DNA of 46,529 nucleotides, the filler included, from Candidatus Woesearchaeota archaeon (GTDB taxonomy: Archaea; Nanobdellota; Nanobdellia; Woesearchaeales; J072): the NCBI GenBank assembly GCA_003695265.1. It is 6 parts of 6 records of this genome, joined end to end, with 100 filler letters (N's around TTAATTAATTAA, not from the genome) between each part and the next. Parts side by side here need not be neighbours in the genome. Positions count along the whole stretch, not along the records: positions 26,919 to 32,209 come from RFII01000051.1; positions 32,310 to 42,786 come from RFII01000052.1; 4 more parts are not named here. One strand, 5' to 3'. Below the pieces are notes generated by a model. It was not told where the DNA came from and searched no databases. It worked only from the letters and a program-made list of their open reading frames with translations. Of the stretch, positions 26,919-37,671 are shown in pieces (positions within the stretch are counted from its first letter, which is position 1; every line of letters starts with the position of its first letter). Made by a program: the position numbers and the translations under genes.

Positions 26919-29741
26919 CAGGCACTTCAAGTAGAGGCAGTCAATCTGCCGCTGCTTTTTAAGGCCGTAAAGAACGCCAGGAACGCACATGCATGTTTTC
27001 GCAACTTTTAAGCTTTTAGAGGGATCATACCTTGCCTCAACATATCCTGAGCTGCCACCAAGAGCTGCTCCTCCGACGCCACCAAGAGTGCCAAAAAAGT
27101 ATTCTCCTGAGACTGCGCCACCAACAGCTCCTCCTATGGTGTAAGCTGTTTTCGGCTCAACGCCTACTTTGTCTAAAATTATGCCTAAGTGCGACTCATA
27201 ATCACAAAGGGCGCAATTATAAAACATGACAGCCCACTTGAAAAGCCAGCCAACGCCAATGATGTTCATGCCAGGAGTCCAGATAAAGCCGTTAACTATT
27301 TTATATATTATGTCTGAATAATTGCATACAGGCTTCCAAACTTTATCAATAAAGCCTGTGCAACCAAAAACTGTGCAGACCAACCAAGCACCAAGAAACA
27401 AACCCCACAAGACAGCTTTGCCGACGTAAAAAGGAGTCAGTAGGTTAATAAAGAACCTTGCAAAGCTCTCCATTTTCTCCAAAAAATCATACTTCTTCTG
27501 CTTTTTTTCTATCTCCTTATCCAAGTCCTGCAGTTCTTTCTTCACAGCATTGATTTTTTCGCCCATGCTTTCATCAGCAGCGCCGAGAGGCCAGTCAACC
27601 AATGAAACATTCCTTACCAAACGCTCAACCTCTGGGTTGAGGAAAACAGTGTTGCCGGAGCGCATTTTCATGCTGAGGTTGCAATCTATTGTGAAATAGT
27701 CCTCTGCCAGCGCTTCCTCATCCAAGAAGAGCTTTAATTCCATTATAGGATGGTTGAGGTCAATGTCGCTGACGAAGTAAGGGTCCTGCTCAGGATCAAG
27801 GTAATTATAAATGGCGCGGCAGTTGTCATGCTCCAAATTAATAATCTCTGCCCTTCCAGAGTCAAGGCTTATGTTCAGGAAGACAATGACAGGCACTTCA
27901 TAGTAAGAGGCCAGCCTGCGGTCAATCTCATCAGGGATGACTGTAAAGCTGGCGGAAACAAAGTTTGGTGTGGTGTTAGGGTCAGCCCTGCAGACCTCGA
28001 CAGAAACATTGTAATTATTCACGTTGCCGGCGTAATCAATTATAAAGACAGGAACATCAGCTTGTACGGGAGAGGATGTTATGTAATTAATCTCAACAGT
28101 GCACTGCCAAAGACTGCTAGAAACTTTGGAGCAGTTGCCCTCAAAAAGACCTGGATAAGTGCTTATTTTGCTTGCGTTAACATTTATGCTCTTTACACCA
28201 GAGGTTTCCTCAGTAATGTTGAAGACCATTTGCAAAATCTCACTAGACGTAACGCAAGGGGTTGATAATGAAACATTATTTACTTCGGGCTTGACGCTGT
28301 CAAGTATTAGGTTGTTGCTCAGAGGAGTGACAGCATTGCCCAAGTCATCTGCAGAAGGAAAAGCTAGAGCTACAAAATGTGGCATGCCCTCATTATCAGA
28401 AACAACGTTCACAGGCAAAACGCACTTCCAAGTGTTGTTCAGCTCGCATTTGAAAGCTCTCCTTGGCATAGTGAGAACGCTGTTCAAAGAATGCACGTCA
28501 AAAAACACGTTGTTGTTGTAAAAGCCTGTGTCCTCGTCAAAAGTTGCGATTATGTTGTTAAGGCCTTTGTTAACATAGCTTACTCCTGCCTCGTCAACCT
28601 TTTCAGACCCGACAAAAGTGGTTACAGGAGCGTCATTGTCAACATTGAAAGTCTTATAGCAAGTGACATTAGCAACGTTGCCATCGTTATCAGTGGCGAT
28701 TATTGTTAGATTAACCGTGTCGCTTATTAAGTCAAGCTGCACAGGATAATAGCTGCAGTTCCACTGGTTATTTGTGTTAGCACAATCAGCCATTGTTGAG
28801 CCGGGCCACTGAATGTTGGAGTAAACTGATTTTAGCATAGGATCAGTTGTTAATTCAGAGAAGTCAGCGCTCACCCCTGTTAGGTTATCATCAATTATCT
28901 CCACATCTATCCTGACATCATTAATCTCATTGTAAGAACCAGTAGTTGATACTGACTCAACCTCAACACCATTTTTTGTGAAATGCAAGTCGCAATTAAC
29001 CAAAGGGTTTTTCCTGTCAATCATCATAGTAATGCATGACTCGTTGAAGTGATCAAGGCGGTCAATGCTGTAGTCGGAGTAAAGCATGTCATAAGCCCTC
29101 AGGCAAAACTCCTTTTCTGCAGCGCTTCCAAGAGGAACAGGGTTTGGTATTGTTAATAAATTGTAATAGCCGCAGTACGGCGCTGACTGGTTTATGTCAA
29201 GCGAGTGAAGAACCCTTTCTTCCTCATCCACTAATTCGACTTTTGAAAGGCCGGAACACTTCCCTATTGTGCTGTCAAACGCGTAATCCAGCAATTCGTA
29301 TTCCAGCTGGAGATTATCATCAAGGTCTACGATGTTAAACGTGTTTATTGCAGGAGGCAAGGCATCAACGCTTATGTTAAGTATTTCAGACTCTCCTGTA
29401 GGTTCTGATCCGGAGTACAAAGAAACTTTATAAGAACTAATCCCAGGGCCAAGCGAAGACCATTTCGAGTAAACGCAGTCATACAGGCTAGTGTTAATCA
29501 TAGTGCAGTTAAAGAAGTTAAACAAGTCACCCTCAACGCGAATGTTATCAGTGCTTGAAGTAATGTTAATTATTGTGAAGTCATCCCTCATGCGGTAGCC
29601 GTCTATCTTATTCTGTCCGGAAATACTGTTTTTTTGTATAAGCGCAAAAACATATGATGAATAAAATGGTATAGAAACAACTAAGGCAGCAATAAAAACA
29701 GCTGTCAGTTTTAAGTAATTGGCGCGCAAAACAAAAACCAC
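26919..29741 (-). CDS. Large Cys-rich surface protein (Ig-like repeats, coiled coil, hydrophobic and Gly-zipper segments), 3'-truncated
   Basis: Signal peptide; repeated D..P / D..GN / W.C motifs; KKELQDLDKEIEKKQKK; GGAVGGAVSG..GGVGGAALGG. Confidence 0.75.
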
Positions 29742-29848
29742 CTCTTTTAAAATTATTATCGATTAATTTATTTATAAAGGTTACTGCTCGGAAGTTATTC
29801 GAGAAGAGTTACGATTACCATATAAAATGCTTTATCATTCTTTTGAAT

Positions 29849-31048
29849 ATGATCTTACAAATCTTCACAGCAATAATTGTCGGGATACTTGCGGGCATAA
29901 TTACAGGCTTAACTCCTGGAATCCATATCAACTTATTATCATTGTTGCTGCTGAGCGCTGCTCCTTTTCTTCTGGCTTACACTGGCCTGGTGTCTCTTGC
30001 TGTGTTTATCATTTCAATGTCTGTCACGCATACGTTCCTTGATGCGCTGCCGAGCATTTTTTTGGGAGCGCCAGAAGCTGCAACGGCTCTTGGCGTTCTG
30101 CCAGGACACAGGTTTTTGCTTAAGGGAAGAGGGTATGATGCTGTAAAGCTGACGGTTATCGGCTCTTTTGGGGCATTGCTGCTCAGCATTCTAACTTTTC
30201 CCATCCTAATTCCAATTGTCAAGCAGGGTTATCCCTTGATAAAGGATTACATCGCTTATTTTCTTATTGGAGTGTTGGTGTTCATGATAGGCCGAGACAA
30301 AAAAAGGGTTTGGGCTGTTGTTATTTTTCTGCTCTCAGGAGTTTTAGGGCTGATTGTCCTTAACGCGCCAAACCTGAAGAACCCTCTTTTCCCCCTCTTA
30401 TCCGGCCTTTTCGGAACATCAACACTGATTTATAGCCTTTCTAAGAATGACCACTTACCAAAGCAGAAAATAAGGAGGAATCTTACAATTAAAAAAAACA
30501 GGATTGTCAAGGCGTTGCTCAGCGGCCAATTCTCAGGCTTTATCACAGCAGTATTTCCTGGACTTGGAGCAGCGCAGGCAGCTGTGATTTCAATGCAAAT
30601 AACAAGGGATCTGAGAGATAATGGGTTTATGATTCTGATAGGAAGCATATCAACTTTCAATTTTGTGCTGTCAATGGTTACGCTTTATGTTATTGGCAAG
30701 GCAAGGAACGGCGCGATAATAACAGTGCAAAAGCTTGTTGAGGTGCAGGGAATTCACATAATTATTTTTTTGCTTGCAGCATTGATAGCTGGCAGTATAT
30801 CTGTCTTCTTGGCACTTCGGATTGGAAAAGTCTTTGTCAAGCTAATTAATAAGGTAAATTATAAAAAACTGGCAATTTCTATTATCATGTTTGTGGCTGT
30901 AATGGTGCTCTTCCTCACAGGCCCGGTTGGATTGTTTGTTCTCTTTGTCTCAACATGCATTGGCTTGATTCCTGCTGTTGTTAAAGTGACTAGGACGCAT
31001 GCGATGGGCTGCCTTCTTCTTCCAGTAATACTTTTCTTTGTATTGTAA
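29849..31048 (+). CDS. TctA/DUF112 family membrane protein
   Basis: GLTPGIHIN, THTFLDALPSIFLGAP, LPGHRFL, PLLSGLFG. Confidence 0.85.
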   Translation: MILQIFTAIIVGILAGIITGLTPGIHINLLSLLLLSAAPFLLAYTGLVSLAVFIISMSVTHTFLDALPSIFLGAPEAATALGVLPGHRFLLKGRGYDAVKLTVIGSFGALLLSILTFPILIPIVKQGYPLIKDYIAYFLIGVLVFMIGRDKKRVWAVVIFLLSGVLGLIVLNAPNLKNPLFPLLSGLFGTSTLIYSLSKNDHLPKQKIRRNLTIKKNRIVKALLSGQFSGFITAVFPGLGAAQAAVISMQITRDLRDNGFMILIGSISTFNFVLSMVTLYVIGKARNGAIITVQKLVEVQGIHIIIFLLAALIAGSISVFLALRIGKVFVKLINKVNYKKLAISIIMFVAVMVLFLTGPVGLFVLFVSTCIGLIPAVVKVTRTHAMGCLLLPVILFFVL

Positions 31049-31090
31049 TAACCAATTAGTAGTAAAAATAGAAAGATTTATATATTAGTT

Positions 31091-31107
31091 ATACTAAGTA
31101 TTACTTA
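31091..31107. promoter_or_regulatory. Overlapping inverted repeats between TATA box and RHH start (candidate auto-operator)
   Basis: ATACT-A-AGTAT (31091-31101) and TAAGTA-T-TACTTA (31095-31107). Confidence 0.45.
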
Positions 31108-31259
31108 TGAGTGGTAATAATAAGCATAAAATATGCATATCTGTTGACGAGAAAACCCTCTTAAGAATTAATGAAGCTATTCGAAACAAGCGCTTCAGGA
31201 ACAGGTCTCATGCTTTTGAATATGCTGTTGAAAGGGTCCTGGCTGGTGATAAAAAATGA
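31107..31259 (+). CDS. Ribbon-helix-helix (CopG-like) protein, 50 aa, absent from ORF track
   Basis: MSGNNKHKICISVDEKTLLRINEAIRNKRFRNRSHAFEYAVERVLAGDKK; ATGA overlap with the kinase. Confidence 0.8.
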   Translation: MSGNNKHKICISVDEKTLLRINEAIRNKRFRNRSHAFEYAVERVLAGDKK

Positions 31260-32209
31260 GGCTTGATGATATTAATGGGGTGAATGACCTTCTTTGTGTT
31301 AGAAGAAATCCTGAAATTGACGCAGAAGCATCTCATGGCTTAACAAGAGATGAGATAGCAAAAATAAAGTCAAGAGGGTATGAGATTCTTGAAAGGATTA
31401 ATGAAGGACAGACCAGAACAGCTTACCTCGTCAGGTATAAGAGCGGCAAAGTAAGCAAGCTTAGAGTGTTGAAAATACCAAAAGGGGAAGTAAGCCCAGA
31501 TTCAATATGCACAATAATAAACAGGAGCAAGAGAGACCTTGATTTGAGGGAAGTCATAGTATTAAATGAGGTTTACCATCCAAACATAGCAGAAGTGCTG
31601 GACAGCTTTTCTATAGGAGGAAGAACATTTAATGTTGAAGCATACTATGAAGGCTCAGATTTAGAGCAGCTCGTTAAAAGAATGGGACCTTTGAAGGACC
31701 CGGAGAGAATAAGGTCAATATTCTCGCAGCTCATAAGCGCGGTTAAATACCTGAATTTAGAGGAAGGAATACTGCACAGGGATATCAAGCCGTCAAACAT
31801 CCTGGTAACAAGGAACGGAACAGTTAAGTTGACAGACCTTCAGAACGCGGCAAAAATAAGCGAAATAAAAGATAGAAGCATGCCAACAAGGGGCGGGACA
31901 CCTTACACTCATGTTGAATTGTTGAATTCTTTATTAACTGGAAGAACAAGCAGCGCAAGCCCTGAAACAGAAATGTACGCTGTAGGCGCAACCTTATATT
32001 ACGCATTAACAGGAGAGAATCCTTTTAATTATAGAATAATACCATCAGAAGATGGGAGAGAAATAAAGATTGGCAACGAGGTTTACCATATAAAGCTCAA
32101 AGATAGGGAACAGGAAATAAAAGCCATAAGTGAGGAAAGGCATGAAAGAAACTTGAAAGCAGCACTAAAAAAAGTTCCTAAGAGGTACAGAAATCTTGTT
32201 TACAGGAGC
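31256..32209 (+). CDS. Hanks-type Ser/Thr protein kinase, atypical, 3'-truncated
   Basis: VLKI, HPNIAEV, HRDIKPSNILV, GATLYYALTGENPF; DFG replaced by DLQ. Confidence 0.88.
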
Positions 32210-32309
32210 NNNNNNNNNNNNNNNNNNNNNNNNNNNNNNNNNNNNNNNNNNNNTTAATTAATTAANNNNNNNNNNNNNNNNNNNNNNNNNNNNNNNNNNN
32301 NNNNNNNNN
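32210..32309. other. Artificial contig linker
   Basis: N-run with TTAATTAATTAA. Confidence 0.98.
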
Positions 32310-32369
32310 GCTTTATAGACTATAAAAAAACAAAACATTTATATACCATTCATCTCATAAATAAAAAAC

Positions 32370-32918
32370 ATGGTGTCAACATTTAGAGGAGTAATAGAAT
32401 TTTTTGGAGACATAGGTATTTATGACGTTGTGCTTCCATTTCTCTTAGTCTTCACGCTGATTTATGCCATACTTGAGAAATCAAAAGTTTTAGGAACAGA
32501 AGAGATTGACGGGAAAGTATACACAAGAAGAAACCTAAACTCTGCAGTTGCTTTTGTAATCGCATTTTTTGTAGTTGCTTCAGCAAGAATAGTTTCAATA
32601 ATAAACGTTGCATTAGCAAACATAGTCCTCTTATTAATAGTTTCTTTTTCATTTATCCTCCTGATAGGTGTTTTTTGGAGCGGAGAAAAAGAAGTTGTAT
32701 TAAAAGGAGGTTGGTTCACTTTCTTTATGGTTCTCAGTTTTATAGGTGTTGTTCTTATATTCCTGCACGCTATAGGCTGGCTCCAGGCAGTGTGGGAATG
32801 GGTGGTGTATGGCTGGAGCAGTGCTGTTGTAGGGTCAATAATACTCCTCATAGTGATAGTTGCCTTTATGTATTTTATCACAAAGGAGCCTAGCAAAAAA
32901 GGGAGTGGGGGAGAATGA
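32370..32918 (+). CDS. Polytopic membrane protein, paralog 1
   Basis: DVVLPFLLVFTLIYAILEKSKVLG; about 5 TM helices. Confidence 0.8.
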   Translation: MVSTFRGVIEFFGDIGIYDVVLPFLLVFTLIYAILEKSKVLGTEEIDGKVYTRRNLNSAVAFVIAFFVVASARIVSIINVALANIVLLLIVSFSFILLIGVFWSGEKEVVLKGGWFTFFMVLSFIGVVLIFLHAIGWLQAVWEWVVYGWSSAVVGSIILLIVIVAFMYFITKEPSKKGSGGE

Positions 32919-32969
32919 TTATAAAAGAGGAGAATAATTATAAAAAAATAAAAAGGAGGTTGATAAAAA

Positions 32970-33566
32970 ATGCCTAGTGGTGAATTTGTATATTTTTTCC
33001 AATGGTTGGAATCGTTGGGTTTAACGGATGCTATGTTACCGTTTTTGTTGATATTCACGGTGATTTATGCAATCCTTCAGAAAACAAAGATTGTTGGTGA
33101 CGGAAAGAAAAATTTTAATGTTATCATTGCCTTGGTGTTTTCTTTATTGGTGGTGATTCCGCACATATTAGGAACTTACCCACCAGGAGGTGATGTTGTT
33201 TTAATAATAAACAACGCGCTTCCAGAAGTAGGCCTCTTAATAATAGGTATATTAATGGTGTTAGTAATGCTGGGAGTTTTTGGTGTGAGATGGAAGATCA
33301 TGGGCACCTCATGGGCGACAATATTCCTAATATTCTCAATAATAATGGTGCTGTACATATTCGGCGTTGCAGCAGGGAATTTTGGCCTGCCCTACTGGTT
33401 AAGCTGGTTAGATGATCCTCAGGCGAGAGCAATATTTGTTATGATACTTGTGTTCGGCATATTGATATGGTTCATAACAAAAGAGGACAAATCTCCAGAG
33501 GAAAGGGCAAAATCTGGATTTGGGAAAGCCTTCAAAGCCATAGGGGACTCATTAAAAGAGGCTTAG
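32970..33566 (+). CDS. Polytopic membrane protein, paralog 2
   Basis: DAMLPFLLIFTVIYAILQKTKIVG; ends FITKE like paralog 1. Confidence 0.8.
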   Translation: MPSGEFVYFFQWLESLGLTDAMLPFLLIFTVIYAILQKTKIVGDGKKNFNVIIALVFSLLVVIPHILGTYPPGGDVVLIINNALPEVGLLIIGILMVLVMLGVFGVRWKIMGTSWATIFLIFSIIMVLYIFGVAAGNFGLPYWLSWLDDPQARAIFVMILVFGILIWFITKEDKSPEERAKSGFGKAFKAIGDSLKEA

Positions 33567-33567
33567 G

Positions 33568-34137
33568 ATGGCAACATTTTTGGACGTTACGATTTTGGGA
33601 GGTTTCTCCCTAATTTTTCCTTTTCTCTTAGTTTTTGTAGCATTATATGCAGTCCTAATAAACACGAAACCCTTTGGGGGAGAAAAGAAAGGAATATATG
33701 CTTTGATAAGCTTTTGCATTGCAGTCCTTGTTCTTTTTTCTAAGACAGCCATCGCATTAGTGGAAACAATGATTCCCTGGTTCGTGGTCTTTTTTATAGT
33801 AATATTATTGACAATGATGGCGTTCACGTTTTTAGGCGCAAAAGAGTCGGACATGATATCAGCTTTAAAGAGTCATGGAACATTGAAGAACTGGCTGGTT
33901 ACTATTGCTATAGCAATTGTTATAATATCCTTCGCGCAAGTATTGGGGCAGCCATTATTGGAAAAAGGGAAAGGTGGAGGCACTGTAGAATCACCACAAG
34001 GTCCGACAAGCACTGGTTCTTTCTCAGAAAACCTAGGAAACACTTTGTTTCATCCAAAAGTTTTAGGATTCGCTTTTATAATACTTTTAAGCACGTTCAC
34101 AATATTCTTCTTATCTAAAGGAGAAAACATAAAATAA
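33568..34137 (+). CDS. Polytopic membrane protein, paralog 3
   Basis: IFPFLLVFVALYAVLINTKPFG. Confidence 0.8.
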   Translation: MATFLDVTILGGFSLIFPFLLVFVALYAVLINTKPFGGEKKGIYALISFCIAVLVLFSKTAIALVETMIPWFVVFFIVILLTMMAFTFLGAKESDMISALKSHGTLKNWLVTIAIAIVIISFAQVLGQPLLEKGKGGGTVESPQGPTSTGSFSENLGNTLFHPKVLGFAFIILLSTFTIFFLSKGENIK

Positions 34138-34152
34138 GAAGGGTTATCAAAA

Positions 34153-34812
34153 TTATTTTTTCTTCTTCATGCTGGCTGCAATCCTAGAAAGCTCGTTAAC
34201 ATTTTGTGTGAAGGCAGGAAGGACTTTCTCAAACACCTTCTCCATAGCTTTTATTTCAGTCCCAACATTGAGTATGTTCTTATCATATTCGCCTATTTTT
34301 GCTATGAGAGCGCTGTGAAGCTTGTCAAAACTGTGCTTTAAGTCTGTCATCTCTTGAACCAACTGGTTAATCCTGGCTTCAGTCTTGTTCTTCCATTCGA
34401 TAATGCGGTTGATGTCACGCATCAGGTCATTCCATTTCTCATCAATGATTGCTTCTATTAATTCCTCGTTTGAAGATGACAATGGCTGCTCAACTGGGAT
34501 TTCCTGTGGTGCCGGCTGCTGCTGAAAGCCCTGCTGCGGGGTTTGCTGCGGTTGTGGATAAGGATATCCTTGTTGGAATTCGTCTGGTGAAATTTTCGAA
34601 ACACCTCCTACAGTTGCGGCTTGGTTTAACGCATCAAAAATTTTGTGTGATTCGTAGCCCATACGGTTAAGGTTTTGTATTATTTGGTTGTCTGAAAGAC
34701 CCTGCCTTTTCATGTCAACGACTTGGCTTACTGGAACATCAGCAGGCCTTTCGGGATAATTTGCGTTAGGGTCAGCCTCTTCTTTTCTTAAACCAAGATG
34801 ATGGGCTCGCAT
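34153..34812 (-). CDS. Coiled-coil protein with N-terminal helical module and P/Q-rich linker
   Basis: GLSDNQIIQNLNRMGY module, PQPQQTPQQ linker, EELIEAIIDEKW heptads. Confidence 0.75.
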   Translation of the reverse strand: MRAHHLGLRKEEADPNANYPERPADVPVSQVVDMKRQGLSDNQIIQNLNRMGYESHKIFDALNQAATVGGVSKISPDEFQQGYPYPQPQQTPQQGFQQQPAPQEIPVEQPLSSSNEELIEAIIDEKWNDLMRDINRIIEWKNKTEARINQLVQEMTDLKHSFDKLHSALIAKIGEYDKNILNVGTEIKAMEKVFEKVLPAFTQNVNELSRIAASMKKKK

Positions 34813-34839
34813 TGATAAATAAAAGTGTGTTATGGGTTT

Positions 34840-35304
34840 TTAAAATTTTTGTTTTGAATATTTCTGTGCTGCTAACTCGACATCAGATTTTGTTGCAAAA
34901 GATAAAGGCTCCCAATAGCTTAGGTAACGCTCTAGGAGATGCAGATCATTCTTTTTCGCAGCTTCTTTAAGCTCTGCCTTTATTAATTTTATTTCATCAG
35001 ACAAGTCAGATAATTGGTGGTTCAGCTCAAGTATGTCTGCGTTTATTGCTCTTATCTCAACTGCAATCCTTTTGTTGCTTTCAAGCATGTTCTGATCAGT
35101 CACCTGGTTCTTTTTTCTAAGATTAACATATTTTTCCTCAAGTATTCTTACACGAAAACCCAAATTGCTGACAGACTGCATCAAAGAAACAAGCCTTGGG
35201 TCTAAAGGCTTCTCTTTTTTCGGCTTTGCCGGCTTGCTTTGGTCTTGCTGTACGGGCTGGCGCACGCCGGAATCAAACTTTTCTTGGGAGCTTCCTATTT
35301 CCAT
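34840..35304 (-). CDS. Coiled-coil hypothetical protein
   Basis: Continuous heptad pattern; same strand as and 27 nt from the neighbour. Confidence 0.75.
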   Translation of the reverse strand: MEIGSSQEKFDSGVRQPVQQDQSKPAKPKKEKPLDPRLVSLMQSVSNLGFRVRILEEKYVNLRKKNQVTDQNMLESNKRIAVEIRAINADILELNHQLSDLSDEIKLIKAELKEAAKKNDLHLLERYLSYWEPLSFATKSDVELAAQKYSKQKF

Positions 35305-35394
35305 TTTTTATCGATATGTTTAAATAGGTGGATTTGATATTCTTTAGTGATAAAGAATATTAATAAACTTATGTTAGTATGAAGTAGTGGTATT

Positions 35395-37668
35395 ATGCTG
35401 TTCACAAAAAGGGGTCCAACTAAGTATGATATTCTTCGGGAAGGGGAAGAAACAATTCTAAGAATCAATTATGAGGATTACCCCTGGTACCCTTCAATAG
35501 AAGAAGACCCTTTCTGCATGTCAGACACGTGCAATAAGCTTGCTGAGGTCGGCAACGTAACAAAAATAGTTTTTTCGCAGAAAAGGGACTTTGAGTATGA
35601 TTACAACCAAACGCAGATTCTTATGGAAATTGCCAAGCTTTACAATTATCTTATCAAGCAGAAAGACATGTTCAGCTGGCAGAACATGGGCACTCCCACA
35701 AACACTAAGTTTAATGACGCCAGATACAACGAAATAAAAAACATTATCTCTAACCTTTTAAGAAGCGACCCTGTAGGAGCATACGTTACCTTAAAGCGGA
35801 TAATGCGCCGCGAAAAAATAACCTTTGAAAAAACCCTTGACACTAATGACGCGCAGTCCATAAGCAAGTACATGAAGCTTGTTGATTACCTCATCAAGTC
35901 TTTAGAGAAAACAAAGCTCATAACAATAGCAAAGCCTTACATTTCCGGCTACAAGCTAGGCGACAGAAGCGTGTACAAGCAGATATTCAGCCCTTTAATA
36001 AAACCTGATTTCATGTACACAAAACTTATGGCTTCATACCCTAAAGACGCTGAAGAGCTAGACAGCTACAGCGTTGGCGACACAGAAATAATAATTTTTG
36101 AGATTCCGGGAAGTGTGCAGCTGCTTTACCACATGATGCCTCCGGAGTTCAAGCTTTCAGAGGAGAAGTATGAGATTCTTGACCTAGCAAGAAACATAAT
36201 GGCTGAGCACAAGCCGAAGCGGTCAGAATTCGTTGATCCTGAAAGGATGAGGCAGGTTTTCTACAACGTGGGGCATGACTTGCTGGAGGAATTAGCGCAG
36301 CACAAGGGCGTGCGCATAACACAAAAGGACTTGGACGAGCTCACAAAAATACTGATAAGGTACACTGTTGGCTTCGGCCTTATAGAAGTTTTATTAGAAG
36401 ATGAGAAAATACAGGACATTTCGATAAACAGCCCTATGGGCCAGATACCAATATTTGTTGTGCATCAGGATTTCGGCGACTGCAACACAAATATTATACC
36501 AATACACCGCGAAGCAGAGTCCTGGGCGTCAAAGCTGAGGCTGATTTCAGGCAGGCCGTTGGATGAGGCAAATCCCATCCTTGACACTGAGCTTGAGCTT
36601 CCGAGTGCGAGCGCGAGGGTTTCTGTAATTACTGAGCCATTAAACCCTACAGGCCTCGCATTCAGCTACAGGAGGCACAGGAACAAGCCTTGGACTTTTC
36701 CCCTGTTCATTCATAACAAAATGATGAATCCTTTGGCAGCAGGAATTCTCAGCTTTTGCGTTGACGGCACCAGAACAATGCTCATAGCAGGGACAAGAAG
36801 CTCTGGAAAAACGAGTTTGCTGAGCAGCATCATGGTTGAGATAATGAGAAAGTACCGCATAATAACAATTGAGGATACTTTAGAACTGCCAACTAACAGC
36901 TTAAGAAAGCTTGGATTTAACATTCAGCCTATGAAAGTTGCTTCTGCCTTAGCGCAAGGATCCTCTGAGATGAGCGCTTCGGACGGAATAAGGGCCACGC
37001 TAAGGCTTGGCGACTCATCACTAATAGTTGGGGAAGTGAGGTCAACAGAAGCAAAGGCTTTGTATGAGGCGATGCGCGTAGGAGCAGCTGCAAACGTTGT
37101 TGCAGGCACGATTCACGGCGACTCGCCTTACGGAGTTTTTGACCGAGTAGTAAATGATATTGGAGTTCCAAAAACATCTTTTAAAGCGACTGACTTGATA
37201 ATAGTCGCAAATCCTATAAAATCTGCTGACGGATTGCACCGCTTCAGAAGAATCACGCAAATAACAGAAGTAAGAAAGCTCTGGGAAGACGACCCTATGC
37301 TTGAGAAAGCCTTTGTTGACTTGATGAAGTACAATCCGAAAACAGACACTTTAGACATTAGCAAAGACTTAATCAACGGCGACTCTGAAATACTAAAGAG
37401 CATTGCCGGAAACATAAAAGAATTCGCAGGAGACTGGGATGCTGTGTGGGACAACATACAGCTAAGGGCAAAGACCAAGGAAGCAATAACTAGAATGGCG
37501 GAGAAGGCTAACAGGCTTGATCTTCTGGAAGCTGACTTTGTGATTGAGGCAAATGACCGCTTCCACCAAACATGCGACAAAGTAAAGAATGAGGTTGGCT
37601 CTTTAGACTCGAAAAGAATCTTCTTGGAATGGGAATCATGGCTTAAGAGAGAGTTCAAGAAGCGCTGA
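35395..37668 (+). CDS. Type II/IV secretion ATPase (TadA/ArlI/VirB11 family)
   Basis: Walker A GTRSSGKT, Asp box TIEDTLEL, Walker B LIVGEVR, His box GTIHG. Confidence 0.93.
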   Translation: MLFTKRGPTKYDILREGEETILRINYEDYPWYPSIEEDPFCMSDTCNKLAEVGNVTKIVFSQKRDFEYDYNQTQILMEIAKLYNYLIKQKDMFSWQNMGTPTNTKFNDARYNEIKNIISNLLRSDPVGAYVTLKRIMRREKITFEKTLDTNDAQSISKYMKLVDYLIKSLEKTKLITIAKPYISGYKLGDRSVYKQIFSPLIKPDFMYTKLMASYPKDAEELDSYSVGDTEIIIFEIPGSVQLLYHMMPPEFKLSEEKYEILDLARNIMAEHKPKRSEFVDPERMRQVFYNVGHDLLEELAQHKGVRITQKDLDELTKILIRYTVGFGLIEVLLEDEKIQDISINSPMGQIPIFVVHQDFGDCNTNIIPIHREAESWASKLRLISGRPLDEANPILDTELELPSASARVSVITEPLNPTGLAFSYRRHRNKPWTFPLFIHNKMMNPLAAGILSFCVDGTRTMLIAGTRSSGKTSLLSSIMVEIMRKYRIITIEDTLELPTNSLRKLGFNIQPMKVASALAQGSSEMSASDGIRATLRLGDSSLIVGEVRSTEAKALYEAMRVGAAANVVAGTIHGDSPYGVFDRVVNDIGVPKTSFKATDLIIVANPIKSADGLHRFRRITQITEVRKLWEDDPMLEKAFVDLMKYNPKTDTLDISKDLINGDSEILKSIAGNIKEFAGDWDAVWDNIQLRAKTKEAITRMAEKANRLDLLEADFVIEANDRFHQTCDKVKNEVGSLDSKRIFLEWESWLKREFKKR

Positions 37669-37671
37669 AAA

